64,000 bases of DNA from Candidatus Kerfeldbacteria bacterium (GCA_047946875.1 CP181398.1:713041-777040), one strand, 5' to 3'. Positions 37,862 to 48,060 are shown, counted from the stretch's first letter. The notes: generated by a model not told the origin, from the sequence alone. Numbers and translations are program-made.

Positions 37862-39348
37862 TTGGTTTTATTATTCTTTCTATTTAAAAATAAAAAAATT
37901 ATAGCAAGGATACTATAGCCAATTATTAACCACCAAAAACTAAGATTTCCAAAAGCATAAGAACTCCATTCAAATTGAGCAAAAAATTCTACTAACTTTA
38001 TTATATAAATTAGTACTAACCAAACTATCCAACCTACTATCATACCAAGAGGCTGCCAGATAAAACTTAAAATTGCAGCAATAAAACCAAGCGCCATAGC
38101 TAAAGGTATAGCTGGTAAAATTAGCATATTTGCCAGTGGAGCGATCAATGACAATCGCCCAAACTGAAATAAGATCAAAGGAAGAGTCATAATAGTAGCT
38201 GACAAAGTAGCGACTAAACTACTACGTAGTTCAAAAAAATCGGGTAACCATTTGAAACCTTTTTCTAAATATGGGGACAAATAAATCAAACCCATAGTTG
38301 CCAGAAATGATAACTGGAATCCTGCATCAAAAATAAGTACCTTAGGATTAATTATTACCATGACCACGGCTGCTAATATTAGTAGGTTTGTCACCCTGCT
38401 CTGTCGACCTAGTTGAGTAGCAAGTAACACTAGCATACCCATAATCGCCGCTCTAACAACCGAAGCTTGAGCACCAGTGATTAATACGAAGAATAATATC
38501 ACCCCTAAAGAAACCCAAAAAGAAACCTTCCTAGGAATCCATAATATTTTACATATATTCAATATCAAGATAGCAATAATTGTAATATTATATCCAGATA
38601 GAGCTACAATATGAGTCGTGCCAGTTAGATTAAAACTATTCATCAAGTCATCTGGAATCGCCTTCTTAGCTCCAAGTAATAGTGCTCCCAAAAAAGAAGC
38701 TTGTGGCTCAGCTATCAAGCCTTGGACAGCATTTGTAAAAACATTTTTTATTTTTAATAACCCAGACATTAATATATTACCTTGATCCTTTGCTATTAAG
38801 GAAATTTGTGGCCGATAACAAACAGTGTAAATATCGAAGCTACTTAAGTACTTATCATAGTTAAAAATCCTAGTCCCTGCTTCAGTCGAAAATTCTATTG
38901 GCTCAGGCGCTTGCATTTGGCACTTTATTTTCAAAACATCTCCATAATCATAAACAGGATATAGCTCTGTTTTTATTAGTACCTTTCCATTAATTTCGCC
39001 TTTAAATTTTATAGTTAACTTTGCGTGGTCTGAACGTTGATCTTTTTCTTTACTTACAATACCTATTAACTCAATTTCTTGATCATGATAATGCTGAATA
39101 TCTGTTACCCCAATATTATTGGACACAGAGATATCATATCGAAAAACACCAAGTACAAAGAATATTATTCCTAATCCTAGAACTAATATTATTTTATTTT
39201 TACCGAAAATAATTAAGATGCTTAACCCAACTCCACCTATACAGTATATGATAATCAAAGGAATAACAACGAATGACCGCAACCCTACCCCAATCACAAA
39301 AAAAATGCAGACTACTAGAAATATTTTAGATTTAGAAATATTACTCAT
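37858..39348 (-). CDS. comEC: ComEC/Rec2 competence channel (OB fold plus competence domain)
   Basis: GTTHIVALSGYN, SVVRAAIM, GFQLSFLAT. Confidence 0.93.
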   Translation of the reverse strand: MSNISKSKIFLVVCIFFVIGVGLRSFVVIPLIIIYCIGGVGLSILIIFGKNKIILVLGLGIIFFVLGVFRYDISVSNNIGVTDIQHYHDQEIELIGIVSKEKDQRSDHAKLTIKFKGEINGKVLIKTELYPVYDYGDVLKIKCQMQAPEPIEFSTEAGTRIFNYDKYLSSFDIYTVCYRPQISLIAKDQGNILMSGLLKIKNVFTNAVQGLIAEPQASFLGALLLGAKKAIPDDLMNSFNLTGTTHIVALSGYNITIIAILILNICKILWIPRKVSFWVSLGVILFFVLITGAQASVVRAAIMGMLVLLATQLGRQSRVTNLLILAAVVMVIINPKVLIFDAGFQLSFLATMGLIYLSPYLEKGFKWLPDFFELRSSLVATLSATIMTLPLILFQFGRLSLIAPLANMLILPAIPLAMALGFIAAILSFIWQPLGMIVGWIVWLVLIYIIKLVEFFAQFEWSSYAFGNLSFWWLIIGYSILAIIFLFLNRKNNKTK

Positions 39349-39487
39349 AAAAAAATTCCCCTATATTTTCGGGGAAGTTTTATATATCTATCTTAGTTTC
39401 TAATTTGACAAAAGTCAAATAAAAAACAGCTACTTAAAATAAGTAACTGTTCTATAATTATATTAAAGCAATATGAACTGCCTTAAT

Positions 39488-39688
39488 CTATGGTTTGTTT
39501 AGCATCAAGGTGCCATTAACGTTAATACGATGAACCTCGGAAATACCGGCACAGCCAGCGTCTGGTTTAATCGCCACAACGTCTCCGCCAACTTGAGTTA
39601 CTACTCCTGATCCCTGCGAAAAATTCGAATCACTTTCATTAAGCTGGTATCTCACTGCTTGATCTACTGAAAATGTTTTTCCTGGCAT
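39488..39688 (-). CDS. Small hypothetical protein
   Basis: 66-aa ORF, AAGGA SD, downstream hairpin. Confidence 0.55.
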   Translation of the reverse strand: MPGKTFSVDQAVRYQLNESDSNFSQGSGVVTQVGGDVVAIKPDAGCAGISEVHRINVNGTLMLNKP

Positions 39689-39908
39689 TTAACCATCCTT
39701 TGTTGTTTCTAAAGTGTTATTAATTTACTATGTTTGAATAATTCAACAATTTATTTGACCTATTAGAATCACCTCCCTTTTTTAAATAGTCAAAATTATT
39801 TTGTTGCCAAATTAAACTTATCAATAATTTAATCTAGCATTATTATCACTCTATGTCAAGTAATAAAAAAAACCGCTTGTCTAAACAAACGGTTTAATAG
39901 TGTAAATA

Positions 39909-41756
39909 TTACTCAACAGTTACTGATTTTGCCAGATTACGTGGTTGGTCTACATTTCGACCAAGTTCAACTGCTATATAATAAGCAAACAATTGAAGTG
40001 GTATGACCATCAATAACGGCATCAAGTAATATGTAGTGCTGGGCACATAAATAACATGATCTACATGTTCAGCGATCTCATCATCACCCTCGATAGCTAT
40101 TGCTAAGACTGGGCCACCTCTTGAAGTTATCTCTTTTATATTAGAGATAATTTTCCGATAATAATCATCCTTTTTTGGAACGATAACCACCGTAGGGAAA
40201 GTCCCATCTATCAAGGCGAGTGGGCCGTGCTTCATCTCAGCTGTTGCATGACCTTCTGCGGGAATATAAGAAATTTCTTTGAGTTTTAAGGCTCCTTCGA
40301 GAGCAACAGGATAATTTATCCCACGTCCCAAATAAAAGAAATTCTTAAAATGTGAATACTTCTTGGCAATTTCACGAATTGTTTCCCTTTGATCAATAAT
40401 ACTAGTTATCTGATCAGGGATTCTTTTCATATCCTTAACATAACGATCAATCCATGGTTCATGTGGCACATGCCTCAACTTGCGCATATACAAAGCTAGA
40501 AGATTCAAAACCATCACCTGAGAAGTGAATGCTTTAGTAGAAGCAACTCCTATTTCTGGACCGGCATTAATATAAACACCTTTCCCAGCAATACGTGCAA
40601 CAGAACTTCCGACAGTATTAGGGATACCAAATGTTGGTAATCCCATAGCCTCAGCACGTCTCATAGCAGAAATTAGATCAGCAGTTTCACCGGACTGGGA
40701 AATAGTCCAAATAGCAGACTTATCAGGAAATAATGGTAAACGTTGATTAGCTAGCTCAGAAGCATTCTTAGATTGCGCAAAAGCTCTAGCCACTTCTTGA
40801 AATAAAATTTCACCAATCATACCAGCATAAAATGATGTGCCGGCAGCTACAAAAAAATGAGCTTGCAAATCAGCTAGTAATTCTCGATGGTCAAATAAAC
40901 CTCCGAGAACAACGTCACCATCGACCAAACGACCACCAATAGTATTTACCAAACAACGAGGTTGCTCACATATTTCTTTGAGCATAAAATGATCAAAATT
41001 ACCTTTTTTTATCTCTTCCACCTTCATTGTAATAGCTTCAACTTTTGGTGAAATAGCAATTTTGTCAAAATCAAATATCTGACAACCTTTCTCCATAGAA
41101 ATAATACCAATTTGACCGTCCTCAATGATGATTTGCTTATCAACATGCCCCACTATAGAAACCGCATCTGAAGCAATGATATATTCCTTTTTATCATCAT
41201 TAACTCCAATCACAACAGGACTTCCATTTTTAGAAAATACTACCTGACCAGGATGATCATGAAACATAACAGCAATACCATAGGTACCTTCTACCTTAAG
41301 TAATGCAGTCCTAACTGCTTCCAATGGGTCCCCATTAGCATACACACCTATCAAGTGTGCCAATACTTCAGTATCAGTATCACTAGTGAAAACATGACCA
41401 TCTAATTTCAAAACTCTTTTCAAGTCATGATAATTTTCAATGACACCATTATGGACAACAACCACCTTTTTATCAGCAGATGAATGAGGATGTGCATTTA
41501 TATCGTTTGGCTCTCCATGGGTCGCCCAACGAGTATGAGCAATACCACAATTACTAGGATGCTCAAACAGTTTTTCTCGCTCAAGCCTCTCCCTGAATGG
41601 TTCGACTTTGCCCATCTGTTTAACAATAAAAATATCAGATCCATCGTGCAAAGCAATGCCAGCCGAATCATATCCGCGATACGCAACTTCCTTGATACCC
41701 TTAAACAAAATTGGTACAGCAAGATTTGGTCCGACATAACCAACAATTCCACACAT
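39909..41756 (-). CDS. glmS: Glutamine-fructose-6-phosphate aminotransferase
   Basis: MCGIVG, YRGYDSAG, HTRWATHG, SQSGETAD, KLKEISY, PRNLAKSVTVE. Confidence 0.97.
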   Translation of the reverse strand: MCGIVGYVGPNLAVPILFKGIKEVAYRGYDSAGIALHDGSDIFIVKQMGKVEPFRERLEREKLFEHPSNCGIAHTRWATHGEPNDINAHPHSSADKKVVVVHNGVIENYHDLKRVLKLDGHVFTSDTDTEVLAHLIGVYANGDPLEAVRTALLKVEGTYGIAVMFHDHPGQVVFSKNGSPVVIGVNDDKKEYIIASDAVSIVGHVDKQIIIEDGQIGIISMEKGCQIFDFDKIAISPKVEAITMKVEEIKKGNFDHFMLKEICEQPRCLVNTIGGRLVDGDVVLGGLFDHRELLADLQAHFFVAAGTSFYAGMIGEILFQEVARAFAQSKNASELANQRLPLFPDKSAIWTISQSGETADLISAMRRAEAMGLPTFGIPNTVGSSVARIAGKGVYINAGPEIGVASTKAFTSQVMVLNLLALYMRKLRHVPHEPWIDRYVKDMKRIPDQITSIIDQRETIREIAKKYSHFKNFFYLGRGINYPVALEGALKLKEISYIPAEGHATAEMKHGPLALIDGTFPTVVIVPKKDDYYRKIISNIKEITSRGGPVLAIAIEGDDEIAEHVDHVIYVPSTTYYLMPLLMVIPLQLFAYYIAVELGRNVDQPRNLAKSVTVE

Positions 41757-41798
41757 ATTAACTCCTTACGTTATTATGTAAAAGTTCTATTTTATTTT

Positions 41799-42542
41799 TT
41801 ATTTTAATGTTTTCCATATATGTTCAAATATCATTTTATTAGTTTGAAAAATACCATGGTCAGTAATTATTAAACCGATTGGCTTGTTTTCTTTGTTAAG
41901 CGATATCATTGCCAACTTACCAGAGTAGATGATCATATATGTCGGTGAACCTTCAGACTTGGATATCCACTTACGTTCATCCATTCCCCAAAGCTCGCCG
42001 CCAGATCCAATAGCTACTACCTGACATCTGATTTTTTTCTTTATTCTTTCCTTAGCAAAATTAGGAAAATCTTTATATATATGTTTACGCACATCAGAAG
42101 AAGAATATACAAAATATTCCCGATCCTTAACCTCTGACATAGTTAGTAAAACATCTTCTAATATAATTTTAATGCCCTGAGAACCTTCATAATACTTAGC
42201 AACAGGTTTTTCTTCTGGACGATTATAGATTAATTTTAATTCTGGCATTATATTTTCTAACTCTGACTGTGAATCATTTAATCTCTTTACATCTTCTAAT
42301 ATTAGATTGTTTAATCTTTCTGGATCTTCCGCCAAAAAATATTGATGCTTATCTTTATGATAATAACTAACTATCCCTTTATCTATTAACATTTTCAAAA
42401 TATCATAAGTTGTTCCCCGATTCACATCAGATTGCTGAGCAATTGCTCTTACAGAAGAAGGTCCTAAATTTAATAATGATAAATAAACGTTAATTTCTTT
42501 TTCTGAAAAACCTAATTTCTTTAAAATTCCATTAATATCCAT
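41799..42542 (-). CDS. TrmB family transcriptional regulator
   Basis: LGFSEKE..VY..LL..G, RGTTYDIL..L..KGIV winged HTH; YEG..GIK. Confidence 0.88.
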   Translation of the reverse strand: MDINGILKKLGFSEKEINVYLSLLNLGPSSVRAIAQQSDVNRGTTYDILKMLIDKGIVSYYHKDKHQYFLAEDPERLNNLILEDVKRLNDSQSELENIMPELKLIYNRPEEKPVAKYYEGSQGIKIILEDVLLTMSEVKDREYFVYSSSDVRKHIYKDFPNFAKERIKKKIRCQVVAIGSGGELWGMDERKWISKSEGSPTYMIIYSGKLAMISLNKENKPIGLIITDHGIFQTNKMIFEHIWKTLK

Positions 42543-42777
42543 AAATTGTTACGTTTTTTATTAATAAATAAGCCTATTCATTATAATTCAATAGAATATA
42601 TTGTCAATAATTTTCCTACAAAAACTGTGTATAACTTATTTATTACCTAATATTAGCAATTTATTTATATATATATTGTCATTTTTGAATGAACAAAATC
42701 AATAATATATCATACCTAATCAAGTGTAATTACTATTATTAAATAACTAAACTTAATATAGGTTGATATACCTTAAT

Positions 42778-43872
42778 CTATTTTTTGTATTCCTTCAAGT
42801 ATTGTTCAATTATTTCGTCCAACTTTCCATCCAATATTTCATTGACATCATTTGTCTCATATTTTGTTCTATGATCCTTAACCATTTTATATGGATGCAA
42901 AACATAAGATCTTATTTGATTACCCCAAGCAGCTTCCTGATACTCCCCTCTCAGCTTTTGTTTTTCTTCTTGTTTTTGTTCAATATTCAGCTGATGTAAC
43001 TTACTTTTTAATATTTTTAGCGCCGTCTCCTTATTTTGTAATTGCGATCTTTCATTTTGACACGAGACTGTAATACCGGTAGCCTTATGAACAACTCTAA
43101 CAGCTGAATAAGTAGTATTAACTGACTGTCCACCATGACCCGAAGCCATAAAAGTGTCTATTCTTAAATCTTCATCTTTTATTTCAACTTCTTGTGCTTC
43201 TTCTAACTCTGGCAATACTTCTACTAAGGCAAATGAAGTATGTCTCATCTTTTCAGCGTCAAATGGAGATATTCTTACTAACCGATGAACACCAGCATCT
43301 GATTTCAAAAATCCATATGCATATCTACCTTTAATGTGCATAGTCACACTCTTAATGCCAGCTTCTTGCCCCATAGACTTGTCGACAATTTTAACTAACC
43401 AGCCTTTCTTTTCGGCATAACGAAGATACATACGTAATAACATTGCAGACCAATCTTGCGCATCAACACCACCCGCCCCAGAATGTATAGCAACTATTGC
43501 ATTCTGAGTATCATGTTCACCAGCTAACATTATATAAAATTCTAAACTATTAAATTGTTTTTCAAGTTCTTTAAATTTAGTATTAAGTTCTTTTTTTAAA
43601 GAGTTATCTTTTTCTTTCATAGCCTCTTTGGTAATAGCTAATAAATCATTAACATCATTTGAAATAACATTCCATTTATTCAATTCTTCTTTTAATTCAT
43701 CAAACTTTTGACTTTTTTCTTTTGCTAAATTTTGATCAGACCAAAAATCTGGCTCTGACATTTCGAACTCTAATGACTTAACTTTATTTTTAGTATTATC
43801 TAAGTCTAGTTTCTTCCAGGTACTTAATATCTTGTCCTGTAATTTTTGTACTTGTTCTAATAATTCTTTCAT
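42778..43872 (-). CDS. prfB: Peptide chain release factor 2 (no programmed frameshift)
   Basis: SPF and GGQ motifs, HRLVRISPFD, QIRSYV; start at MKELL preferred. Confidence 0.95.
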   Translation of the reverse strand: MKELLEQVQKLQDKILSTWKKLDLDNTKNKVKSLEFEMSEPDFWSDQNLAKEKSQKFDELKEELNKWNVISNDVNDLLAITKEAMKEKDNSLKKELNTKFKELEKQFNSLEFYIMLAGEHDTQNAIVAIHSGAGGVDAQDWSAMLLRMYLRYAEKKGWLVKIVDKSMGQEAGIKSVTMHIKGRYAYGFLKSDAGVHRLVRISPFDAEKMRHTSFALVEVLPELEEAQEVEIKDEDLRIDTFMASGHGGQSVNTTYSAVRVVHKATGITVSCQNERSQLQNKETALKILKSKLHQLNIEQKQEEKQKLRGEYQEAAWGNQIRSYVLHPYKMVKDHRTKYETNDVNEILDGKLDEIIEQYLKEYKK

Positions 43873-43963
43873 AATAATATACCTATCATAACGTATAATA
43901 CCCCTTTTAGGCAAATAATTTGACACTACTAATGACATTAACTTATACTTACATAATATATTT

Positions 43964-43985
43964 AGGAGGACATATATGTCCTCCT
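43964..43985. promoter_or_regulatory. Perfect 22-bp palindrome in the glnA leader
   Basis: AGGAGGACATATATGTCCTCCT, downstream of a TTGACA...TATACT promoter. Confidence 0.6.
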
Positions 43986-44037
43986 TTATCTATTAAAAAG
44001 AAAAAATAATTGAACCTTAATAAAATGGAGTTTCATC

Positions 44038-45369
44038 ATGAAACCAAAAAAAATTCCAAAATGGCTAATTGAAAAAATGGAAGGAATTGATCATTTTCGC
44101 CTGCTTTTTACTGATGTTCTTGGCACTCTTAAAGAAATCAAAATACCTCGAATAGAAATATTTGAAGTATTGGAAGGTGGACAAGGATTTGACGGATCTT
44201 CTATTGCTGGATTCGCCAGACTCGAAGAATCTGATCTAATGGCCTTTCCACGTTTTAAATCTTTTCGAGTTCTGCCACCTAAAATCTCAGGGAACGGTAA
44301 AACAGTCGGAATATTCTTCTGTGATATCAAAACGCCAAACGGTAAACCATTTGTTGGTTGCCCCAGACAATTGCTTAAAAAGATAAGAAATAAAGCAAGA
44401 AGAATGGGTTATACCTTCAACGTTGGTCCAGAGCTAGAATTTTTTCTATTTAAAGATAAAATTTCTTTGAAACCACTAGACGGTCGAGGGTATTTTGATG
44501 CTACTACTGAAGGTCCGGGCAACAAGATTGTAGAAGAAATGGTTGACGCCATACAATCAATCGGCATTCATATTGAATGTTCCCATCATGAAGTAGCCCC
44601 TAGTCAATATGAAATCAATGCTAAATACAATGAAGTATTGACCGTAGCTGATCAAGTGATGCTATGTAAATGGATTATTAGACAAGCAGCCGAAATAAAT
44701 GGTGTATACGCCACGTTTTCTGCTAAACCTCATAAAGGTAGCAATGGTTCTGGCATGCACACTCATATGTCACTATTTAAAGGAGAAAAAAACTCATTTC
44801 ATGACAAACGAAATAAGTACAATCTGTCTTTAACAGCTAGACAATTCTGTGCCGGGATTTTAAACTATGTTGGTGATTTTACTGCCGTTACTAATCAGTG
44901 CGTTAACTCGTACAAAAGACTAGTACCAGGCTTTGAAGCACCAGTATATATATCCTGGGGTCAAAAAAACAGATCTTCATTAATCAGAGTGCCTCACTAT
45001 AGACTTGGCAAAGAAAATGCCACTAGGATTGAGTTACGCTCCCCTGATCCATGTTGCAACCCATATCTAGCCTTTGCCGTTATGCTGTCTGCTGGTCTCG
45101 ATGGAATAAATCGCAAATTAAAACTTTGCAATCCAATCGAAGATAATATTTTTTATATGTCAACTGATGAACGACGTAAATTAAAAATAAATAATTTACC
45201 AAGTTCACTCCAAGAAGCCGTAAAAAATGCAGCCAGAAGTGCTTTCGTAAGAAAAACACTTGGAGCACATATCCAGGAAACGTTCCTTAGTAATCTTCTC
45301 ATAGAATGTGAAGATTATAATACTCATGTCAGTGAATTCGAACTTGACAAAACTGTTCGAGAAATGTAG
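44038..45369 (+). CDS. glnA: Glutamine synthetase type I
   Basis: FDGSSIAGF, GPELEFFL, HHEVA, NGSGMHTHMSL, YKRLVPGFEAP, RIELRSPD. Confidence 0.96.
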   Translation: MKPKKIPKWLIEKMEGIDHFRLLFTDVLGTLKEIKIPRIEIFEVLEGGQGFDGSSIAGFARLEESDLMAFPRFKSFRVLPPKISGNGKTVGIFFCDIKTPNGKPFVGCPRQLLKKIRNKARRMGYTFNVGPELEFFLFKDKISLKPLDGRGYFDATTEGPGNKIVEEMVDAIQSIGIHIECSHHEVAPSQYEINAKYNEVLTVADQVMLCKWIIRQAAEINGVYATFSAKPHKGSNGSGMHTHMSLFKGEKNSFHDKRNKYNLSLTARQFCAGILNYVGDFTAVTNQCVNSYKRLVPGFEAPVYISWGQKNRSSLIRVPHYRLGKENATRIELRSPDPCCNPYLAFAVMLSAGLDGINRKLKLCNPIEDNIFYMSTDERRKLKINNLPSSLQEAVKNAARSAFVRKTLGAHIQETFLSNLLIECEDYNTHVSEFELDKTVREM

Positions 45370-45375
45370 CTTACC

Positions 45376-45408
45376 AAAAAACCTCTATTTTAAAAAAGTA
45401 GAGGTTTT
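45376..45408. terminator. Bidirectional terminator
   Basis: AAAACCTCTA/TAGAGGTTTT between convergent genes. Confidence 0.7.
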
Positions 45409-45419
45409 ATTTTATAGTT

Positions 45420-45890
45420 TTATTTTTCTAAACCTTTTGCAGCAAATTTATTAAACTTTGCTATTTTTGAATCTGGACTAATCTTATTCATACTAGTGAT
45501 TCTTTCTAAAAAATCATGTTTCATTATTCCTTGTGAAGCAGAAGTTTGAGCTTCTGAAATTATAGCTTGAATTAATGAATCAGGATCAGCAGATCCACCT
45601 TTTTTTAAAATCATTCTTAGTTCTTGTATTATTGGCCCCAGCTTCTCAGTACTTGCTGCTGCTAATTTAGAAAGTGTCAAATCAGCATCTTCATTATTAA
45701 ATTTCTTCTTTATTGTAGAATAAAAATCCTCAAGAGCCTTCCCAAGCCCCTCTCGAACTGATAAAGCTGATTTGATCATTTCAGCGCTGTTGTCCTCGCC
45801 AGTTTCAGTTTCAATAGATGTATTATCATCTAAAACTGGTTTTTTTACTTCTTCCTTACCAACGTCAGGTGATTTTCCAAAATTTTCCAT
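45420..45890 (-). CDS. Hypothetical protein
   Basis: 156-aa ORF in an operon-like string. Confidence 0.6.
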   Translation of the reverse strand: MENFGKSPDVGKEEVKKPVLDDNTSIETETGEDNSAEMIKSALSVREGLGKALEDFYSTIKKKFNNEDADLTLSKLAAASTEKLGPIIQELRMILKKGGSADPDSLIQAIISEAQTSASQGIMKHDFLERITSMNKISPDSKIAKFNKFAAKGLEK

Positions 45891-45914
45891 AGTATTATTT
45901 TATATTTATTAATG

Positions 45915-46238
45915 TTACAAATCTTGTATACATTCGACATATTCTTTATTTCTCTCCCACTTACACTCATTATTAATACATAAACAATTATCTTCTTGAT
46001 TACAGGCATATTCATCACGCCATTCACAAGTAGTATAAATATTTGATGCTTTATTTTTACTCAAACACAATTGACCTGAACATCCACCTATCTTACAATC
46101 AACATCACTTACACATTCAATAACTTGATTGAGGTTGGCTACTTTATTAGTATTATCAATATTACTATTATTATTTTTGGAACCAGGCTCTTCATATAAA
46201 ACAAATAAAATACCAGAAATCATAATTGCTACGAACAA
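45915..46238 (-). CDS. Eight-cysteine-cluster domain membrane protein
   Basis: C..D.DC..GGCSGQLC...TTCEW...YAC....C.C....C.W; true start may lie slightly upstream. Confidence 0.7.
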   Translation of the reverse strand: MFVAIMISGILFVLYEEPGSKNNNSNIDNTNKVANLNQVIECVSDVDCKIGGCSGQLCLSKNKASNIYTTCEWRDEYACNQEDNCLCINNECKWERNKEYVECIQDL

Positions 46239-46274
46239 AAGAATAATAATTATTTGCTTTGTTTTAATATATTT

Positions 46275-46487
46275 CTAAAAATTTAATAAATCACCATAAT
46301 ATGAATCCATTGTATTCATAAACCACGGTACCATAAACACAGCAGCAATCATCGGTAAAATTATAACCGCAATACCAATAATCAAAGTCCACATTCTTAT
46401 TTTTCTTTGCTTTTCTAATGACTGAAATATTTGTTCAGAAATTACAATATTTTTATTGAGTAGTGCTTTAAGTTCTTCTTCAGACAT
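46275..46487 (-). CDS. Small single-TM protein
   Basis: 70 aa with one hydrophobic helix. Confidence 0.65.
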   Translation of the reverse strand: MSEEELKALLNKNIVISEQIFQSLEKQRKIRMWTLIIGIAVIILPMIAAVFMVPWFMNTMDSYYGDLLNF

Positions 46488-46492
46488 ATATT

Positions 46493-47404
46493 TTATTTTA
46501 GTAATTTATCTAAACTTACAATACCATACCCCAAATCTTTTAGTTCAGTTATTAGTTCTGGTAATATTTGTGCAGTTGTAGAATTTGCTGCTTGCATTAA
46601 GACAATAGATCCGTTAGAAATTTTTGATAACACTCTTTCTTTAGATTCAGCTGGAGAATAATCACTAGACCAGTCCAAGGCATCTACTGACCAAGTAATA
46701 GGACAATAGCCTTCTGCAACTATAGTTGTTACTACATCTTCATCAGCTTCACCATACGGAGGTCTAAAAAATGGCTTAGTAGTTTTACTCGTCAAAGACG
46801 ATATAGCGCTCTCAGTCTTGGTTAACTGCTCAACTATACCGCTAGTTGGCAAATCATTAAAATGAGGATGGTTATAGCTTAAATTATATACAGAAAAACC
46901 AGCATCATTAATTTTATTTATCAACTCAGAATTCTCCTCTGCTACATCACCTCTAGCAAAAAAATCAGCCTCTACATTACTAGAAGTTAACGAATCAAGA
47001 ACTTTTTGAATATCACCCTCTTTGGTCGTGCCAACATTAAAAGTCAAACTTACATTTTTCTCTGACGTACTGCCACGAGAATAAACACTATCACAACTTT
47101 CTAAATCAAATGAATCAGCAGATGCTGTATTTATATTAACATTTTTGTTGCTGTTAGAATTTTCATTGGAATTTTTATTTTCATTTGTATTGCTATTTGT
47201 ATTTGTATTTTGAACCACTTCAGTAAATTCTGGAATATTTTGTTCAGGATAAATTAAAGTCACTTCATTATTACCACCAAATAATGATTTTAGTATCAAA
47301 TATACCACAAAAATAATTGCTAAAATAACTAAGATTTTAACATACTTAAAACCAGACGCTTTAGGCTTATTATGATATTTTTGATAACTTTGATAACCTG
47401 GCAT
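46493..47404 (-). CDS. Polysaccharide deacetylase (NodB) domain protein with degenerate active site
   Basis: LTF.., FFRPPYG, WSVDALDW, GSIVLM; N-terminal TM and Asn-rich linker. Confidence 0.85.
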   Translation of the reverse strand: MPGYQSYQKYHNKPKASGFKYVKILVILAIIFVVYLILKSLFGGNNEVTLIYPEQNIPEFTEVVQNTNTNSNTNENKNSNENSNSNKNVNINTASADSFDLESCDSVYSRGSTSEKNVSLTFNVGTTKEGDIQKVLDSLTSSNVEADFFARGDVAEENSELINKINDAGFSVYNLSYNHPHFNDLPTSGIVEQLTKTESAISSLTSKTTKPFFRPPYGEADEDVVTTIVAEGYCPITWSVDALDWSSDYSPAESKERVLSKISNGSIVLMQAANSTTAQILPELITELKDLGYGIVSLDKLLK

Positions 47405-47489
47405 ATATTTAATATCTATTTGTATTATATAAAAAATACCACAATAAAACAATCTTTAGCTTATTATCAAAGATGTATTACTATACTAT

Positions 47490-48038
47490 TTAATTATTGA
47501 TAATAAATCCGACTTCCTGACTTTTTTTATTCCATAATTTTGCCATGAAATACACTACTTCAAATACTCCAAAAAATATTCCAACATAAAATAAATCGCC
47601 TAGGGCAGCACTTCTAAAAAATGGCATAGCCATATAATAACTATCCATAAGTCCGGTTGCTGTCTTGCTATATAATGGTGTGAAAGCCCAAACTGCAAAA
47701 TTTGTAATTAAATAAAAAATAGCAGAACCAGCCAATGTACCTCCAACTACTCGTAATACATTCTTATTTTTTCTAATCCACCAGCCAATCATACCAAAAA
47801 TAAGAAAACTACCCCAAGTAAACAATACTAATGAATGTAAACCAATAATCATATCCGAAAACATCATCACTCCTACTGCTAATAATACTCCCCACTTTGA
47901 TTTTAAATATACTCCACTAAGTAGCGCCAAAGCACCAATAGGTACAAAATTAGCAGGATGTGGAATTACTCTCATAATAAAACTTGCCGCAATAACTACC
48001 GCAAATAAACAAAGAGTAATAATAGTATTTTTTTTCAT
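47490..48038 (-). CDS. DUF6580-like putative transport protein (candidate corrinoid uptake)
   Basis: R..PHP.NF.PIGA.AL..G, S.IFY.ITNF.VW, Y..A.PFF; directly downstream of cobO. Confidence 0.65.
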   Translation of the reverse strand: MKKNTIITLCLFAVVIAASFIMRVIPHPANFVPIGALALLSGVYLKSKWGVLLAVGVMMFSDMIIGLHSLVLFTWGSFLIFGMIGWWIRKNKNVLRVVGGTLAGSAIFYLITNFAVWAFTPLYSKTATGLMDSYYMAMPFFRSAALGDLFYVGIFFGVFEVVYFMAKLWNKKSQEVGFIINN

Positions 48039-48060
48039 TTTTCTTTTTTAAAATTAGAAT

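Noticed and set aside
39735-39785. Strong SD (GGAGGTGA, minus strand) upstream of the 66-aa gene
   Set aside because: Followed by ATA and a stop within a few codons; at most a decayed start.
41757-41798. glmS ribozyme
   Set aside because: The intergenic space is only 42 bp.
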